Virus record (IMG/VR): IMGVR_UViG_3300037473_000211
Span: 1 to 24,447 of that record
Direction: 5' to 3' (one strand)
Origin: a virus
Lineage: Duplodnaviria; Caudoviricetes
Length of the DNA: 24,447 bases
This document shows positions 1 through 7,881 of the stretch, in pieces. Positions within the stretch are counted from its first letter, which is position 1; each line of letters starts with the position of its first letter. Below the pieces are notes generated by a model. The model saw only the letters and a list, made by a program, of their open reading frames with translations. It did no database searches and was not told the DNA's origin. Both the position numbers and the translations under genes were made by a program.

Positions 1-2128
1 CCGCACCTTCCGCCAACTGGGCGGAAAGCTGGGCGGCCTTCTCCTTCATCTGCACGAGCATCTGGGTGGCGGCGTCCATCTTGCCGTCCTTACCCTTGCC
101 GTTGACGAACTTGTTGTCCTCCAGCAGCGCGGCGGCGTCATGCAGGCTGGTGTCGGCCTTCTGCTTGTCGATCAGCGCGTCGCGGTCGGCCAACACCTTC
201 TGGTAGTCTGCGGTGCCCTTCTTGAGGGTCGAGAGTGCCTTGTTGTCGGCGGCGATCAGCTTGTTCAAGCCGCTGTTGATACCCTCGGCGATACCCTTGA
301 CCTGGTTGCCCACGCGCAGGCGTTCAGCGTCCAACACTTCCTTGGAGGCGCCCGCATCCTTTTGGGCCTTCCACCAGGTGTCGTACTTGTTCATGATGTT
401 CTTGATGTCGGAATAGCCGGCGTCGATGCCGGCGGCGCGCGCCTTCAGGCTGGCCGAGACCTTGCCTTCGTTCTCGGCGTTCTGACTGTTGAACGTGTCC
501 TGGGCCTGCTTGTACTTCGAGTTGAAGTCCTGCTGCGCCTTCAGGGCGGTGTCGTACTGCTTCTGGATTTCGGCACGCTGCTGGGGCGTGAAGGCGTGGA
601 AGTCACCGTCCAGCCCCCAGAAGCCGCCGTCGCTCAACTGCTTGCGCAGGTCCGAGACGGTCAGTGCCAGCTTGTCACTGGCGACCTTCATGTCCTTCAG
701 CTTGCCTTCAGTGGTGAAGCCGGTCTGCGCAAAATCCTTGAGTGCCTGCTGGCCCTCCTGCACCTTGTTGGTGAAGAAGCCGAACTGGTCGGCCAGGGTA
801 TAGATCGCCACGCCGATGATGCCGATCACCGGGATCACCGACAGGGTTGCGACGCCAAACAGCTTCAGCGATTCCGCGCCGGTCATCACCGCCAGCGTTT
901 CCATTTCCTGGACCGTGGTGGCTTCGCGCATCAGCGCGTTGCGGGCCTGGATGAACTGCATGAACTCGGTTACGGCGGTGGTGGCCGTGCCGAAGGTGTC
1001 GGACAGCTTCTTGACGCCGGAGACGACAGCGTTGATGGCGGCGCCGGCCAGGTCATAGGCCAGCACGACGGCCAGGGCGACCAGGGCGTCCTTGAAGAGA
1101 GACAGGATCGGCATGGCGCCCGCGAGCTTGCCCACCCCGTCCACGAAGCGGATCAGGTTCTCGGTGGCGCCGGCCAGGAAGTGGCCGACTTCGACGCCGA
1201 ACTGTTTGAACTCCGGGCTCTGCAACGCAGTGGTGAGGCCGTCCAGACCCTTCTTCACCTCGGCGAAGAAGCTTCCGTCAACGGTGTCGCCCTGCTTGTT
1301 GAGACCCACGACGGCGTTCGCCAGCTCGATCCAACCGGTCTTGAGACGGGCCATCTTGCCGGCGAAGGTGTCCATCTGGGCCTGGGCGCTGCCGCCGTAA
1401 GCCAGGTTAAACATCGCCACCATCTTCTCGATGGCGGTCTTGGATTCCACGGTGCCCGAGGAGATCGCTTTGGTCAGGTCGGCATAGGACATGCCCATGC
1501 CCTGGGCCATCATGTTGATGGCGGTCGGGACCGCTTCGCCCAACTGGCGACGCAGCTCTTCCATGGACACGACGCCCTTACCGGCCATCTGCTGGATCGC
1601 GAGTGTCGCTCGTTCAAGCGACTGGTCGGAGCCGCCGAAGCGCGACACCGCTTCGATGATGCCGTGCAGCGTGCCGTCCATCGGGTCCAGGCCGGCGGAC
1701 TTCAGCTTTACGAAGCTGTCCGTCAGCGCGTGCAGCGAGAACGGCGCACTCTTCGCCAGGTCGAAGAGGTAGCCCATTTCCTTGGAGGCTTCCGTCTTCT
1801 TGCCCAGGTCGTCCATGGCGTTGGACATACCCTCCAGCATCTTGGTGGTGCGCTCGATCTGCGCCGACGACAGGATCATGCTCTCGGCCCAGCCAAGGAA
1901 CATGGTGTTGACGGTCTCCACGACATCGCGCAGTCCGCCGAAGACGATGGTGAAGTCTCGCAGCCGGGCCATCGGGCTCGTGACGGCGTTCTCGATCTTC
2001 TTGATGCTGGCGGACGCCTGATCGACCGTCTGGGCGAAGCGCGTGGTTTCGCCGGCAGCGTTCTTCATCGACGCGGTGAACTTGCCGCTATCGAGATCGA
2101 GTTCTAGGGAAAGCTGCCGGACGGCCAT
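1..2128 (-). CDS. Tail tape measure protein (partial, runs off the left edge)
   Basis: Absent from the ORF track; translated by hand from ATG at 2128: MAVRQLSLELDLDSGKFTASMKNAAGET... It contains the tape-measure segment AIQQMAGKGVVSMEELRRQLGEAVPTA, is Ala/Lys-rich and helical, and lies directly downstream of the tail chaperone genes. Confidence 0.93.
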   Translation of the reverse strand, partial: MAVRQLSLELDLDSGKFTASMKNAAGETTRFAQTVDQASASIKKIENAVTSPMARLRDFTIVFGGLRDVVETVNTMFLGWAESMILSSAQIERTTKMLEGMSNAMDDLGKKTEASKEMGYLFDLAKSAPFSLHALTDSFVKLKSAGLDPMDGTLHGIIEAVSRFGGSDQSLERATLAIQQMAGKGVVSMEELRRQLGEAVPTAINMMAQGMGMSYADLTKAISSGTVESKTAIEKMVAMFNLAYGGSAQAQMDTFAGKMARLKTGWIELANAVVGLNKQGDTVDGSFFAEVKKGLDGLTTALQSPEFKQFGVEVGHFLAGATENLIRFVDGVGKLAGAMPILSLFKDALVALAVVLAYDLAGAAINAVVSGVKKLSDTFGTATTAVTEFMQFIQARNALMREATTVQEMETLAVMTGAESLKLFGVATLSVIPVIGIIGVAIYTLADQFGFFTNKVQEGQQALKDFAQTGFTTEGKLKDMKVASDKLALTVSDLRKQLSDGGFWGLDGDFHAFTPQQRAEIQKQYDTALKAQQDFNSKYKQAQDTFNSQNAENEGKVSASLKARAAGIDAGYSDIKNIMNKYDTWWKAQKDAGASKEVLDAERLRVGNQVKGIAEGINSGLNKLIAADNKALSTLKKGTADYQKVLADRDALIDKQKADTSLHDAAALLEDNKFVNGKGKDGKMDAATQMLVQMKEKAAQLSAQLAEGA

Positions 2129-2137
2129 TGGGGTCTC

Positions 2138-2503
2138 TTATTTCCGGTTGAGGATGTCTCGCAGCTTTGCGAAGCCCTCTCTGTGTTGAGCCAGGTTGTC
2201 TTCTGGCGTGAGTTTCGGCGCCGTGTGTTGCGCCTTGATCGGTTCCTTCATTTGTTCGGACAGGCGGTTGCGCAGGCCCGTCACCATTTCCTCTGTCACA
2301 CCGAAGCCGCCCATGAGGAACAGTTCGATGGCGTGGATGTTTTCTTCAGCCCGCAGCCGCAGCACGTTGGCGTTGAAACACCAGAAGGTGCGAAGCGGCA
2401 TTTCCATCACGTCGCGAAACGACATGCTGTAGAACCGGCAGACCCGCGCGATGTAGTAGGGAAAGTCGAGAGCGGTTAGCTCGACTCCCCCTCCCCGTTT
2501 TTT
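2138..2503 (-). CDS. Tail assembly chaperone C-terminal extension (lambda gpT-like), probably made by -1 frameshift
   Basis: The frame of ORF 2138..2425 stays open up to the slippery A-AAA-AAC at 2503..2497, reading ...RGGGVELTALDFPYYIARVCRFYSMSFRDVMEMPLRTFW... It sits between the chaperone and tape measure genes. Confidence 0.8.
   Translation of the reverse strand, partial: KKRGGGVELTALDFPYYIARVCRFYSMSFRDVMEMPLRTFWCFNANVLRLRAEENIHAIELFLMGGFGVTEEMVTGLRNRLSEQMKEPIKAQHTAPKLTPEDNLAQHREGFAKLRDILNRK
2459..2503 (-). promoter_or_regulatory. Programmed -1 ribosomal frameshift signal (slippery heptamer plus hairpin)
   Basis: In-frame GCA-AAA-AAC, a 5-nt spacer GGGGA, then a 12-bp stem GGGGGAGTCGAG/CTCGACTTTCCC (2491..2480 with 2470..2459; two G-U pairs) with a 9-nt loop. 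Confidence 0.8.
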
Positions 2504-2844
2504 GCGGCTTCCGCAGCCGGCGCATCAGCAGTTTCCAGGCCGGCGACGGCTTCCTTGTGCAGGTCGCCCTTCACGAAGTCGGAAATGAGCTTGATCTTCT
2601 CCATGCTCAGTTCCTTCAGCTCGGCGAGCGGCGCCGTGGGGAACGCGCCGTGGATGGTGGCGACCATGTGTTCCAGATATTCGGAGGTGGTCACGTCGGT
2701 TCGCTTGCCGAACTCCTCCATGGCTTTCATCTGTTCGATGAAGGCGCCCACGGTGTAGGGCTGGAAGGCGTGACTGGCCTTATTGAGGATGATGGAGCGG
2801 TCGGACGTGGTTTCGATTTCGTCGAGATTGAGGACTTTCGTCAT
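2476..2844 (-). CDS. Tail assembly chaperone (lambda gpG-like)
   Basis: 122-aa acidic ORF between the major tail and tape measure genes, with a slippery site near its 3' end. Confidence 0.8.
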   Translation of the reverse strand: MTKVLNLDEIETTSDRSIILNKASHAFQPYTVGAFIEQMKAMEEFGKRTDVTTSEYLEHMVATIHGAFPTAPLAELKELSMEKIKLISDFVKGDLHKEAVAGLETADAPAAEAAKNGEGESS

Positions 2845-2879
2845 GGTGGTGGGGTGTCGGGGACCTTTCTGGTTTTGGT

Positions 2880-2912
2880 GGAAAAGAAATGGGGGAGACT
2901 TCCGTCTCCCCC
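2880..2912 (-). terminator. Intrinsic terminator after the major tail gene
   Basis: GGGGGAGAC-GGAA-GTCTCCCCC followed by ATTTCTTTTC on the minus strand. Confidence 0.7.
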
Positions 2913-2975
2913 AGGGTCTCTACGCGTGGGGGTAGAGGGTTGGGCGGGCCGTGCATGGCAGCCCGCCCTTATTGG

Positions 2976-3515
2976 TTAGGCGGCAGCGGCGCTCTCGTCG
3001 CCCAGGACCGCGATTTCGCCGGTCGTGTTGTCCGGGTAGCCCTTGAACGTCACGTTGTAGACGCGTTCATTGTCGAACGAGTAGGCGTAGTCGATCTGGC
3101 CGGACGGGGCCGCCAGCGGGATCACGGTGTCTTCGTTCTTGGAATCGGCGGCCAGGCCCGAGGGATGCAGCACCAGCTTCTTCGCCAGCGAACGCAGGTT
3201 CACGCCCTGGTCGTTGTTGATGACCAGCTTCATCTTGGAGGGGGTGGTGGCGTCGGTCACGAGCTGGGCATTGGGGATCGCCAGCGCGAGCTTCTGCAGG
3301 TCGGATTCGGCCATCGGGACCTTGACCATGACGCTGCGGCCCTGGATGTATTCGTTGACGGCGGTCGGGCCGAACTGATCGACCTGAATTTCCTTCGTCG
3401 GGGTATTGATGGTGACCTGCACGCCGCCCTTGGTGACGCCGAGATCATCGGTGCCCCACTTCACGTCGCAGGCGCCCAGCTTCACATTTTCAACATTGGC
3501 AGTCAGCGCGGTCAT
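2976..3515 (-). CDS. Major tail (tube) protein
   Basis: 179 aa, beta-rich, with a tail-tube-like N-terminus (VKLGACDVKWGTDDLGVTKGGVQVT). Canonical position, AAGGA RBS. Confidence 0.85.
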   Translation of the reverse strand: MTALTANVENVKLGACDVKWGTDDLGVTKGGVQVTINTPTKEIQVDQFGPTAVNEYIQGRSVMVKVPMAESDLQKLALAIPNAQLVTDATTPSKMKLVINNDQGVNLRSLAKKLVLHPSGLAADSKNEDTVIPLAAPSGQIDYAYSFDNERVYNVTFKGYPDNTTGEIAVLGDESAAAA

Positions 3516-3561
3516 TTCTTGTCCTTCTTGGGCACGAGCCTTTCGTTATGGGATTTCGTCT

Positions 3562-3590
3562 ATAGTATCACACTCACGCGTGAATTACAA
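3562..3590 (-). promoter_or_regulatory. Sigma70-like promoter of the major tail gene with palindromic site in its spacer
   Basis: TTGTAA-N17-TACTAT with TGn extension; palindrome ACTCACGCGTGAAT at 3572..3585. Confidence 0.65.
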
Positions 3591-3593
3591 TGC

Positions 3594-3977
3594 CTAGCCC
3601 GAAGTGGCGTGGCACTGGAATGTGACCGAGAACTCGAACAGCGCCGCGTCATTGGGCGGGAACATGATCGGTTCCGACATCGGGTAGAAGCACTTGAGGG
3701 TGTAGCCCGTCAGGGGCATGGGGGTGCCCTTCACGGTCAGCTTGGTGCTGATCTCCTTCGCCAGGGCGTCGCCGGCAATGGGGTCTTTGTGGCGCACCAC
3801 GATCTGGATGGCGCCGGTCACATAGCCGGGCATTTCCGGATCGACCTTCATGCCGTCCAGCGGCGACTTCACCAGGACGCCGATCTCATGGGTGGCCGCG
3901 AGCGCGCCCGTCTTGATGACCGGGCTGCCCGTCAGGGACAGGGTTTTCAGCTTTTCCACCAGGCTGTTAGCCAACAT
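3594..3977 (-). CDS. Tail terminator / tail completion protein (SPP1 gp17-like)
   Basis: 127 aa immediately upstream of the major tail gene; IQIVVRH and FEFSVTF strands fit this family. Confidence 0.65.
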   Translation of the reverse strand: MLANSLVEKLKTLSLTGSPVIKTGALAATHEIGVLVKSPLDGMKVDPEMPGYVTGAIQIVVRHKDPIAGDALAKEISTKLTVKGTPMPLTGYTLKCFYPMSEPIMFPPNDAALFEFSVTFQCHATSG

Positions 3978-4416
3978 ATCGCTTCACTCCCTTGGTCAGC
4001 GCGTCATAGATGTTCGTCAGGGTTTTGTTGATGCGCCCGTCGAAGGCGCGTTCGAGGAACTTTTCGCCCACGATCTCGGACTGGCCGGCCTGCTTCAGCA
4101 GCGACTTCGGCCCGAGCTTGCTCCAGCCGATGCCCTCATGGATGCGCATGGCATAGGCGTCCACGTCCACACCGTTGACCGTGCCGCCCACCACCACGTC
4201 GAAGGTCACCTTGTCGGACCCGTTGGCGCGCTTGACCACCTTGTGGGCGTCTTCCAGCTCGCCGTCGTCCTTGGGCGCCTGCTTGACCGAAATGTCCTTC
4301 ATGATGCCGGTCTCCTGTTCCAGCATCGCAAGGGCGGCGGCCTTGCCGGCGGCGTCGGCGTCAACGAAGGCGTCCGCGAGCTGGCGGGCGGTCATGGTCT
4401 TCCACTTGAGGCCCAT
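3967..4416 (-). CDS. HK97 gp10-like neck / tail completion protein
   Basis: Motifs APKDDGELEDA, YAMRIHE and KFLERAF; synteny. Confidence 0.75.
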   Translation of the reverse strand: MGLKWKTMTARQLADAFVDADAAGKAAALAMLEQETGIMKDISVKQAPKDDGELEDAHKVVKRANGSDKVTFDVVVGGTVNGVDVDAYAMRIHEGIGWSKLGPKSLLKQAGQSEIVGEKFLERAFDGRINKTLTNIYDALTKGVKRYVG

Positions 4417-4769
4417 TACGGCACCGGCTCGGCCTTCCGGAAGGTCACTTCGATGTGGTCGATGCCGCCCACGACCGCGCGCCGGGGGTAGACCTTGGTC
4501 ACCTCCAGCCAGAAGCCGTCGATGAACAGCTTGTCGCCCAGCTTGATGGTCGAGGTCTTGGGGAACAGGAGCATGGCACTGCCCTGCTGTTGGTCGGCCT
4601 GGCCGCGCGAGCCGGAGGTGTCGGCGCGCACGCTCGACTTCTCGACCGTGATGTCCAGGTCGATCACCGCGCAGCGCGCCTTGACGACGGGCGCGAAGGT
4701 GTAGCGCTCGAAATTGTCGGTCTCGTCGGAGCGGATATAGAGGCTGCAGGTTGTGTTGGGCATAAACAT
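4416..4769 (-). CDS. Head closure / stopper protein (SPP1 gp16-like)
   Basis: Likely true start is ATG 4769 (TAATG overlap with the upstream stop), giving 117 aa MFMPNTTCSLY...; beta-barrel pattern IKLGDKLFIDGFWLEV; synteny. Confidence 0.7.
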   Translation of the reverse strand: MFMPNTTCSLYIRSDETDNFERYTFAPVVKARCAVIDLDITVEKSSVRADTSGSRGQADQQQGSAMLLFPKTSTIKLGDKLFIDGFWLEVTKVYPRRAVVGGIDHIEVTFRKAEPVP

Positions 4770-5419
4770 TAGGCGGCCTCCGCTTTCAGAAACGCTCGGC
4801 TGTTGGGGTGGAACACTTCGGACAAGATGCCCTCCAAATCTTCGATGTTGACCGCCATGCCGGCGTGCTTGTGGCTGGGATCGGGGTGGGTCACGCTGAC
4901 TTGGCTGGCGCCCAGGGCGGCAGCCGACGTGGCGTAGGTCTGCACGCCAAACAGGACCAGCCCGTGGCGGGCGATCTGGGCGATGTGCTGATCTGCACCG
5001 AAGACGCGGCCACGGCGATCCATGAAGGTGAAGGCAGGGGCGAACGCCTGCTGGCGGCGGGCGTGGACGACCGTGTTGATGTCGCGCCATGCCTGCGCAC
5101 CCAGCTCGTGGATGTACCAATCCGCCGTCAGGTCGCCTGCGTCGTCCCAGGGCACGTCTTGCGCCTGCCCCGTCAGATCGGTCTGGGCGGCGGCGTCCGC
5201 CGCCAACTGCACGGCGTAGAGGTCCTGGCGATAGAGATCGTGCTCGGCCTGCAGGTAGGTCTCAGCCATGGCTGCACCGCGCTGACGAAGCTGTAGAAGC
5301 GCGCGCATGTCGCGCGCATCGGTGGTCGAGATTTCCGCGAGCGCGCCCCTGAGACCGGTCAGAAAGCCCCTGTAGCGATCCTGCGCGCGCAAGGTCGCTT
5401 CATTGAAGGTGTCCAGCAT
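4769..5419 (-). CDS. Putative virion protein, possibly a divergent minor capsid / head morphogenesis homolog
   Basis: 216 aa, coupled to both neighbours. FMDRRGRVF and FHPNSR resemble the DxxGR and HPNCR motifs of phage minor capsid proteins. Confidence 0.45.
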   Translation of the reverse strand: MLDTFNEATLRAQDRYRGFLTGLRGALAEISTTDARDMRALLQLRQRGAAMAETYLQAEHDLYRQDLYAVQLAADAAAQTDLTGQAQDVPWDDAGDLTADWYIHELGAQAWRDINTVVHARRQQAFAPAFTFMDRRGRVFGADQHIAQIARHGLVLFGVQTYATSAAALGASQVSVTHPDPSHKHAGMAVNIEDLEGILSEVFHPNSRAFLKAEAA

Positions 5420-6231
5420 TACCCCCTCCCGATACGGTTGTTCCTGTGGATGTAAGGGGCGAGCACATTCAAGGCGTCCATGCCCACCGGGTGGCGCAGC
5501 GGTGCCTTGTTGGAGAAGAACATCTTGGATTCGCCGACGCTCTCGGAGACGATGCCCAGGGCGCGCTTGTCGCCAATGGGGTCGCCGGCCAGCTTGGTGT
5601 TGGCCTCGTAGAGCTGGGCGCGCTGCATCGCCTTGCGGAAGTCGGCGGGGAAGCTGTTCCAGTCGTCCATGTCGCGCAAGCGCATGTCGGTGACGTAGCG
5701 GTAAAGTCCAAATTCATCGACCGCCACAGAGTCCCATTCCATGGCCTCCTGCGAGACGCGGTACTTGAAGGTCATGCGGCAGATGGCGTCGAACGCGGTG
5801 ACCATGGCGCCGATCTGTTCGCCCTCGGCGGCCATGTCCCAGCCGTCGAGTGCCGGCATTTCCATCCGGGTCAGCGCAGCCTGGTCGAGCGTCTGGAAGC
5901 TGTTTGTCATCACGATCAGGCGGTCGGCGGCCTCCACCACATAGCGGACGGTCGCCGGCAGGATCGCCCCGCTGGCCTTCGTGAAATAGGCGCGGACGCT
6001 GCGCATGACGCGAAGCGCGCCGGCAAGGTCATTGTGGGCATTGCCCACTTCGACCGACAGCACATTGTCCGCCAGCTCGCCTGATACCGCATCGCGGCGC
6101 GCGATGAGCACGGCCCCGTCCTGATCCAGCACCTCATACTCGACGCGCGTGGGCACGACCGGAGCGGTGCCGTCGATGGGGTAATCGACTGACACGATGA
6201 TGTCGGTGTTGGGCTGGTAGGACGGGATCAT
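5419..6231 (-). CDS. Head-tail adaptor with extra N-terminal beta-sandwich domain
   Basis: C-terminal half (NSFQTLDQA...AQLYEA...IVSESVGESKMFF) fits the 'DnaT-like' head-tail connector pattern; first ~100 aa are beta-rich. Confidence 0.65.
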   Translation of the reverse strand: MIPSYQPNTDIIVSVDYPIDGTAPVVPTRVEYEVLDQDGAVLIARRDAVSGELADNVLSVEVGNAHNDLAGALRVMRSVRAYFTKASGAILPATVRYVVEAADRLIVMTNSFQTLDQAALTRMEMPALDGWDMAAEGEQIGAMVTAFDAICRMTFKYRVSQEAMEWDSVAVDEFGLYRYVTDMRLRDMDDWNSFPADFRKAMQRAQLYEANTKLAGDPIGDKRALGIVSESVGESKMFFSNKAPLRHPVGMDALNVLAPYIHRNNRIGRG

Positions 6232-6234
6232 GGC

Positions 6235-6777
6235 TTACTTCCCGGGGGCGTCGGCGACGCCAGGGATTTCGGGATTGGGGGACTGGGCCTGGATGATCTT
6301 GTCCATCAGGCCCGGGATGGAGCTGTCCTTGACGTTCAGCTTGTCGCTGATGGCGCGCAGGCCCTTGATGCCATCCTTGTCGGCGATGACCTCCAGCTCC
6401 TCGCGGGTGTACTTGGGCAGCGCCGGCAACTCGGTCTGGGTCGTCGCTTCCGTGGTCTGCGCCTGGTCAGCGCTTTCCTGCGCGGGGCCGGCGGCGGGCG
6501 CCGCCAGGGCGGCTTCGGCGTTCAGCTCCGCTTGGGTCTTGGCCTTCTCCACGATGGGCGCGCTCACGCGGTAGGTCTCGGCATAGTTGACGCCGGGGTT
6601 GATGATGGCGCCATCGGTGTCGCCCTTTTCGTCGTACTCAGCGACATTCATGATCGCGCCCAGGTGCAGCCGCTCGTGCTCGCTCAGATGGTCATCGCTG
6701 ATGCCATTGGTGAAGTTCGACATGCCCAGGGGGCCGGTGTAGCCCTCGAAGCCTTTCTCGGTGATGATTACTCGCAT
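6235..6777 (-). CDS. Capsid-adjacent protein with C-terminal HeH/SAP-like helical motif
   Basis: Likely start ATG 6777 (AAGGG upstream; the TTG at 6804 lies in the terminator tail). Ala/Gln/Thr linker followed by YTREELEVIADKDGIKGLRAISDKLNVKDSSIPGLMDKII. Confidence 0.55.
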   Translation of the reverse strand: MRVIITEKGFEGYTGPLGMSNFTNGISDDHLSEHERLHLGAIMNVAEYDEKGDTDGAIINPGVNYAETYRVSAPIVEKAKTQAELNAEAALAAPAAGPAQESADQAQTTEATTQTELPALPKYTREELEVIADKDGIKGLRAISDKLNVKDSSIPGLMDKIIQAQSPNPEIPGVADAPGK

Positions 6778-6801
6778 GGGTTTCCCTTGGGGGTCTTTGT
6801 T

Positions 6802-6834
6802 CAAACAAAAGGGGGCGAGGTTTCCCTCGCCCCC
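6802..6834 (-). terminator. Intrinsic terminator after the major capsid gene
   Basis: GGGGGCGAGG-GAAA-CCTCGCCCCC followed by TTTTGTTTG. Confidence 0.85.
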
Positions 6835-6843
6835 GATTGGCTC

Positions 6844-6872
6844 ATCTTATCACACTCACGGATGAGTGCAAA
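6844..6872 (-). promoter_or_regulatory. Palindromic site within a promoter-like sequence after the capsid gene
   Basis: ACTCACGGATGAGT at 6854..6867; TTGCAC-N16-TAAGAT with TGn extension. Confidence 0.5.
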
Positions 6873-7778
6873 TTAGATGTTGGTGATGCCCTTCAGGCGG
6901 GCGATGGACAGCGTGGACTTCAGCGCCAGGCTGACGTACCACTTCAGGCGGATGCGCTGCGCGTCCTTGTTCTGCACGGTGCCGACTTCCTCGACGCGCA
7001 CGCCGGCAGTGTCGCCGCCGTACAGGCCGTGCAGGCCGTCGTTCTCGTTGAAGCGAACGGCGTAGATCGAGCAGGTGTTGGCGTTCGAGCCCTGGGTCTC
7101 GTTGCCGGCCAGGTAGTCGTTGATGATGCAGGGAACGCCATCGAAGCCCAGCACGGGGGCGCCGTTGAAGTTCGGAATCTGGATCATCGGGGGCGTGGTG
7201 CCGCCGGCAGCGCGCATCAACTGCTTGAGGGCGCGCTCGGTGCCCGCACGCATGATGAACGCATCGGCGCCCAGCACGACCTGGTGCTTGAGCTGGTCCA
7301 GCAGGGCCAGGGTCAGCGGGGCGCCATTGGCGCCGGCGATGATGGTCTGGTCGCTGGTGACCAGGTTCGGCAGGCCGTCGAACTGCTTGGCGTTCGCGGT
7401 CGCATCGCCCTGGGCCAGGCAGATGTGGAACTTGGTCTTCAGACCCTTCGACTTCGCCGCGATCTGCGTCGCCAACTGGTCGTTGGTGTCGCTCATGGTT
7501 TCGCGCAGGAAGTTGTCCACGTCAACGTCGCCCGCCAGGATGCGCAGCTTCGCGACCACTTCCTCGAAGGTCGCGGCCTCTTCGTTGACGGTATCGCCCG
7601 GCGACAGCCAGTCGGCGCCCGGCAGGGTCGCTTCGCGGTTGTAGACGAGAGCCTTGGAGTTGATCCGCGTGAACGGCAACAGCGCGAACATCGCGTCGCG
7701 GACGATGATCTCTTCGATCACGCCCTGCTCCAGGGTGTTGTTGGACAGTTTTTCGGCTTCAGCCTGAAGCAGCGGCAT
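6873..7778 (-). CDS. Major capsid protein (HK97 fold)
   Basis: 301 aa, strong AGGAGG RBS, downstream of the scaffold gene and followed by a terminator. The sequence (MPLLQAEAEKLSNN..., LRILAGDVDVDNFL) resembles, from memory, capsids of SSU5/pHCM2-like phage-plasmids. Confidence 0.92.
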   Translation of the reverse strand: MPLLQAEAEKLSNNTLEQGVIEEIIVRDAMFALLPFTRINSKALVYNREATLPGADWLSPGDTVNEEAATFEEVVAKLRILAGDVDVDNFLRETMSDTNDQLATQIAAKSKGLKTKFHICLAQGDATANAKQFDGLPNLVTSDQTIIAGANGAPLTLALLDQLKHQVVLGADAFIMRAGTERALKQLMRAAGGTTPPMIQIPNFNGAPVLGFDGVPCIINDYLAGNETQGSNANTCSIYAVRFNENDGLHGLYGGDTAGVRVEEVGTVQNKDAQRIRLKWYVSLALKSTLSIARLKGITNI

Positions 7779-7809
7779 CGTGTAGGGTCCTCCTAGACCT
7801 CTTATTCTT

Positions 7810-7860
7810 ATTCACTGGTGACTATTGTACGAGAATCCGCCTTGACAGTCAACAGTGAAT
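7810..7860 (-). promoter_or_regulatory. Sigma70-like capsid gene promoter flanked by two palindromic sites
   Basis: TTGACT(7852..7847)-N17-TACAAT(7829..7824); ATTCACTGGTGACT at 7810..7823 and the variant AGTCAACAGTGAAT at 7847..7860. Confidence 0.7.
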
Positions 7861-7881
7861 GTTATTTATTGTCGGGTTGGG

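Noticed and set aside
140-2107. 655-aa plus-strand ORF
   Set aside because: Antisense shadow of the tape measure gene caused by GC-biased codon usage; no recognisable motifs.
4770-5120. N-terminal extension of ORF 4416..5120
   Set aside because: Overlaps the 4769..5419 gene in another frame; the TAATG-coupled start at 4769 is far more plausible.
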